The position numbers and the translations under genes are program-made. From positions 372,001-436,000 of the forward strand of contig JAPEUD010000010.1 in NCBI GenBank assembly GCA_026026165.1: a stretch of DNA of 64,000 nucleotides, in the 5' to 3' direction. Shown here in pieces: positions 60,175 through 64,000 of this stretch. Within the stretch, counting starts at the first letter, position 1; each line of letters starts with the position of its first letter. The stretch is from Sarea resinae. Lineage: Eukaryota. The notes beneath the pieces are model-generated. The model worked only from the letters and a program-made list of their open reading frames with translations. It did no database searches and had not been told where the DNA came from.

Positions 60175-63100
60175 TCATCGCTTTCCCCTCACCTCATCCC
60201 TCCACCTCAACCTTTGCCCCGAAGCCGATGTCCTAGGCCGTTCGCCTTGATCAGCGAATCTGATACCCACGTGCTGTCTCGGCTGCTGCTCAGCAGCGGC
60301 GCTCTGCACATCAGCTCTTCTTGTGCTAGCTCTAGGCTGCCTCGGCGTATCGTCATCCTCGGAGTCGTTCTCGTTCTCGGTGACGCCGAGAGCGGCTTCT
60401 CTTCGGCGCCGCTCAGCTGCCGTTTCTCCCTCGGACGTGCCATGGTGGGACTCTTGTCTTGTGAGGACTGGCTCTGGCCGTCTGGGGGGGATGCGGTCGG
60501 TACCATCGTCGTCAGAATCGGAAGGCTGGTCAACACGACGCTCGTCCTCAACTTCCGGTTCTGGTGGACGGTCTCGCTGGAGGGCGAGCTGGCGGCGTCT
60601 ATGTGCTGCAGTTGGATGTTCCGCAGAGTAACGGGCTATGTCTTCAGTGACAGCATGGTATGGAATCTCGCGTTCTTCTGAATCAATCAGCGTGAGACCA
60701 TCTGGTCCCTTTGGCTTGTCCTCCGCTGAATCGACCTTTTGTACTTCAGCCGATGTGGCTTTAGATTTGGAGCCGACGAGGGGACTTTCTTTACGGTCGA
60801 GTTGACGGGCTCGGTGTTTGTCGGCATCTTCTCGCGCAGCTTGCTTCATCGTTTCAGGCGCATCGCTCTCTTCGACAGTCCTGGCTCTGGATTTCGGATC
60901 CATTTGCTGAATCTCCTTGATAAAGTCGGCTTTACTCATCCTACGACCTCCAGTGGTCACGGTGAATCGGATTCGAGCGTCGTCTTGCGCTTGCTGTTGC
61001 TTACGCTGCTCTCCGTTGGATGGTCCAGCTTCTCCTTCTCTATCTTTGCGACTGATGCCGGCCCAAGTTCCCATACGCTGGAGCCGTTGCCGAGCGTTGG
61101 ATTCAAGATGGCTACCTTTCCGATCTAGATGAGGGTGTTTCGACCCAGGAATATCATATTTCTTCACCACCTCACCATCCTCATCCTCAACGATGATAGT
61201 GTTGCCGAACTGATACGCCAGAGCAGGACCACGTTTGTGCTCTTCCTCCGGCTTCTTGGCTTTAGCCTCTGACGGTCCGGCCTCTGCCTTGTGCCGTTTC
61301 CAACCGTCCCACTTCTTTCTCTTCTGATTACTGGGCGAATGGGTAATCTGATCAAAACCATCCTTCACCTTTTCCTTGGCCTCATCCTCAAGATCTTCTC
61401 TCTTGTCATCCCATTCCGCCTCTTCCCGTTGTATGCCATGCTCATCCAGACTTTGATCCTTGGTGAGTTCCTTACCAACTTCTCGAACTCTGCGTGCTCT
61501 ATGCCCTTCGTCTTCATCACGCGTCTCCTCTTGATGTACTACGTTGCCGTGCTCATCTTCGATGATCAATTGATGCCCCTCTTGATAAGCCTCCAAATCC
61601 GGCGTCTCAGTTTCCTCCTCGCTGCGCTTTGTCTCTTCTCCTGCGGGAGACTCGTCACTCTTCTCGTTCAGTGTTTCGGATTCACTCCGACTTGGGCTCG
61701 TGATGTCAGTTCGTCTCTGCGGTGCAATGGCCGATTGACTGATTGGCCCACCAGGGCCCAATGATTCACGCTTTCTCCTTCTACTGAGTGGCCCGAGACT
61801 AGAAGATCGACTATGGGTCTGAAGGGGGGTATCTTCTTCTTTCTGTCGTCGAAGGAAGTTTCCAGGAAATCCCAACGGAGGTAGTGTACCGGGAGGATAC
61901 TGCGGCAGTCTTTCATCCGAATCATCAAACTCGTCAGGCTTGCGGAGAGAAACGGAGCTCTTCGCTTGGGACTGAATTCGCGGAAGTCTATTCATCCAGG
62001 ACGGTCCTTCCTCGTTTGCTTGAGTATAAGACATAGTGATAGTGAGCGTATTGATGTGTTTCCCTAGGGTGAAAACTGCAATGGACGAGCCGTGCACGAG
62101 AATAGACGAGATGACGAGAAAAGTCGTAATCGGCCAAATCAGCTCAATGAGAGCGTAGTTCTTCGAGCCAGGCGGAGGGAGTACGGCCAACGGCTCAGTG
62201 CTATCGTTCTCTAGCTCGGCCCGAGCCATGATCGCGACAAATATAGCGCCAACCCCAATAGGTCCAAAATGTCCAGCAAACAAAGCTTCTCGCCATGTCT
62301 TGATATCTGGAATGATCGGCTTCAACGCCATCATTATGGGTATTCTGCGAAACAGAATAACAAAGATGGCTATGACCACGAGTCTCCACGGCGTGGTCCC
62401 GCTCGCCGGGGCATTATACTGCTGCCAAGGAATGATCGAACCAAGGTAGACAAAGTATGCGAGATTGAGCAAGAGATCAATGACATTGGAAACGTGAGAC
62501 TCTTCAGTCTTTTGGGTGAACCACCCATCGTTACTGAAGCCGACTCCGGCCGCGAAGCCGACGAGAAGGTCATCAATGCCAAGGATACTTCCCGATCCAG
62601 CGCAGAATAGCGCGAGGACGAAATAGAACACCAGGAAACTCTCTCTGTCAATGAACTCTCGACGCTCAGCCCATTTTATGGCGTGTCGTCCAATATATCC
62701 GACGAGAAAACCATAGATGGCGCCGAAGATACACTCATACAGGACCGTCAAGCATATCCAATGGTAGGCAACCGAGGAAGCGTCTGGCCGATAGCGAATG
62801 AGATAGAGGGCCAAAAAGATGAATGGAAATGCCATGCCGTCGTTGCAGCCTGACTCGGCCGACAGAAGATCTCGTAGATGTTTCGGTACCCGCTTGGCGA
62901 ACTTGCCTTTTCCCACCACGGATGAAGCCAAGACGGGATCGGTCGCCGTCACACACGCTGCACAGCAGAGGCTCTGCAGCCAATCCAGCGGAGGAATCAT
63001 CCACCAGATGAAAAGACTAGTCACAAGCCACCCATACGTCATGACTGGTATCAGTAGGAGCAACACGGATCTCCAGTGCCTCTCCATGTAAGCCTTGGGC

Positions 63101-63369
63101 AATTCGACTCCAACGGCAAAACATTGAACCACCAGAACGATCCTCGAACACTCCAACGTGATCTTGTCCGTGTTCCCCCATGACAGTGGATTGAACAGGT
63201 TCGCAGCGTGTGGACCAAAGATAATTCCGCAGATAGTGGCCACAGCTGCCTCGCCGATATAGAGGCGTTCTTTGACGAACGATGAACATAACATGAACAA
63301 TGTCGTAAATCCGCCAATGATGATGTACGCCAGATGCGGCTTATCGACATCAAGTTGCGACCAGGCCAT
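60175..63369 (-). CDS. NHA1: Plasma-membrane Na+,K+/H+ antiporter (CPA1 family) with a long hydrophilic C-tail
   Basis: Intronless 1064-aa ORF; KERLYIGEA, FAVGVELP, ATDPVLA, ESGCNDG, GIDDLL, FRRIP, GHFGPIGVGA, HGSS. Confidence 0.95.
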   Translation of the reverse strand: MAWSQLDVDKPHLAYIIIGGFTTLFMLCSSFVKERLYIGEAAVATICGIIFGPHAANLFNPLSWGNTDKITLECSRIVLVVQCFAVGVELPKAYMERHWRSVLLLLIPVMTYGWLVTSLFIWWMIPPLDWLQSLCCAACVTATDPVLASSVVGKGKFAKRVPKHLRDLLSAESGCNDGMAFPFIFLALYLIRYRPDASSVAYHWICLTVLYECIFGAIYGFLVGYIGRHAIKWAERREFIDRESFLVFYFVLALFCAGSGSILGIDDLLVGFAAGVGFSNDGWFTQKTEESHVSNVIDLLLNLAYFVYLGSIIPWQQYNAPASGTTPWRLVVIAIFVILFRRIPIMMALKPIIPDIKTWREALFAGHFGPIGVGAIFVAIMARAELENDSTEPLAVLPPPGSKNYALIELIWPITTFLVISSILVHGSSIAVFTLGKHINTLTITMSYTQANEEGPSWMNRLPRIQSQAKSSVSLRKPDEFDDSDERLPQYPPGTLPPLGFPGNFLRRQKEEDTPLQTHSRSSSLGPLSRRRKRESLGPGGPISQSAIAPQRRTDITSPSRSESETLNEKSDESPAGEETKRSEEETETPDLEAYQEGHQLIIEDEHGNVVHQEETRDEDEGHRARRVREVGKELTKDQSLDEHGIQREEAEWDDKREDLEDEAKEKVKDGFDQITHSPSNQKRKKWDGWKRHKAEAGPSEAKAKKPEEEHKRGPALAYQFGNTIIVEDEDGEVVKKYDIPGSKHPHLDRKGSHLESNARQRLQRMGTWAGISRKDREGEAGPSNGEQRKQQQAQDDARIRFTVTTGGRRMSKADFIKEIQQMDPKSRARTVEESDAPETMKQAAREDADKHRARQLDRKESPLVGSKSKATSAEVQKVDSAEDKPKGPDGLTLIDSEEREIPYHAVTEDIARYSAEHPTAAHRRRQLALQRDRPPEPEVEDERRVDQPSDSDDDGTDRIPPRRPEPVLTRQESHHGTSEGETAAERRRREAALGVTENENDSEDDDTPRQPRASTRRADVQSAAAEQQPRQHVGIRFADQGERPRTSASGQRLRWRDEVRGKR

Positions 63370-64000
63370 GATGTCGGCCTTTATCGTTCACACCTTCGCG
63401 ATGTCAGGTCCCTTCTTCTGATTCCTCAGATCGGGGCTCTAGTCGATAGGCTCAAGGGCCACGAATGCGAATATTATCGCTGAATGTATTCGGAGGGCCG
63501 TGGCGACATGGGCCAAGGGCGTCTTGCAATTGGTCTTGTGCGGTAGCTTGACCCCCGGCTGGAGTGGCCCACGGTGTCGGTCTTCCCCACTCTTCACTCC
63601 CAAGCAATCGATACCTGAAGGCTTTTCGACAGAGCATACAGTCGCCGGTTGCGCCCAGTCGCCGCTCCAAATGTCTCTAGAAGGCTTGTCGGAAAATAGA
63701 AACGGAGGTTGATGGTGCGGCGGGGGAAGGGATGATATCCCGTTTCGCAGACAACAACAATCTTCCGAAGGTGTTGTAATGGCAGACGAAGAAGAAAGAG
63801 AAGAAGAAGAAGAGGAGCAAGAAGAGTCGAATCGACGACAATGGTGAGGGATTCACTGGATCCTGGAAGGACGTGACGACGTTAGCATTGCTATCCCAAC
63901 CGCGTCAGTCACTCCGACTTTCTTTTTTCCTTTGGGAAAGGTCTGGTCTGGTCTCTCTCTACATGGTAAGGTGCCCAGGTGTGTCTCTGCTGTCTCTGGG

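Overview
Eukaryotic DNA from a filamentous ascomycete (Pezizomycotina-type genes with short spliceosomal introns and CTRAY-type branch sites). The supplied ORF track splits most genes, and most of its short ORFs are shadows. By hand-splicing I reconstruct about 23 protein-coding genes. Conserved core genes: DUG3, a PQ-loop transporter, TeaC/Bud14, an Nnk1-like kinase, CDC48, STE50, an ENY2/Sus1-like gene, a Saf1/Pof9-like F-box protein, a PEX11-family gene and NHA1. Accessory-type genes: two APH-like phosphotransferases, a DUF6540-like His/Cys protein, two paralogous SDRs bracketing an ArAE/FUSC-like exporter, a very divergent protein kinase, a Zn-ADH and an MFS pump. I see no tRNA, rRNA, CRISPR array or intact transposon. 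The most notable observations are: (1) a divergent kinase whose catalytic loop (HQDLSQRN) has the tyrosine-kinase-type Arg instead of the Ser/Thr-kinase Lys; (2) an SDR-exporter-SDR triad whose homologous introns independently expanded with (GAA)40 and C27 tracts; (3) three apparent GC-AG introns among about 43; (4) microsatellite islands and gene flanks with a RIP-like TpA excess; (5) several candidate leader and promoter elements. All family names come from recalled motifs, not database searches. No single finding is a demonstrated new system.
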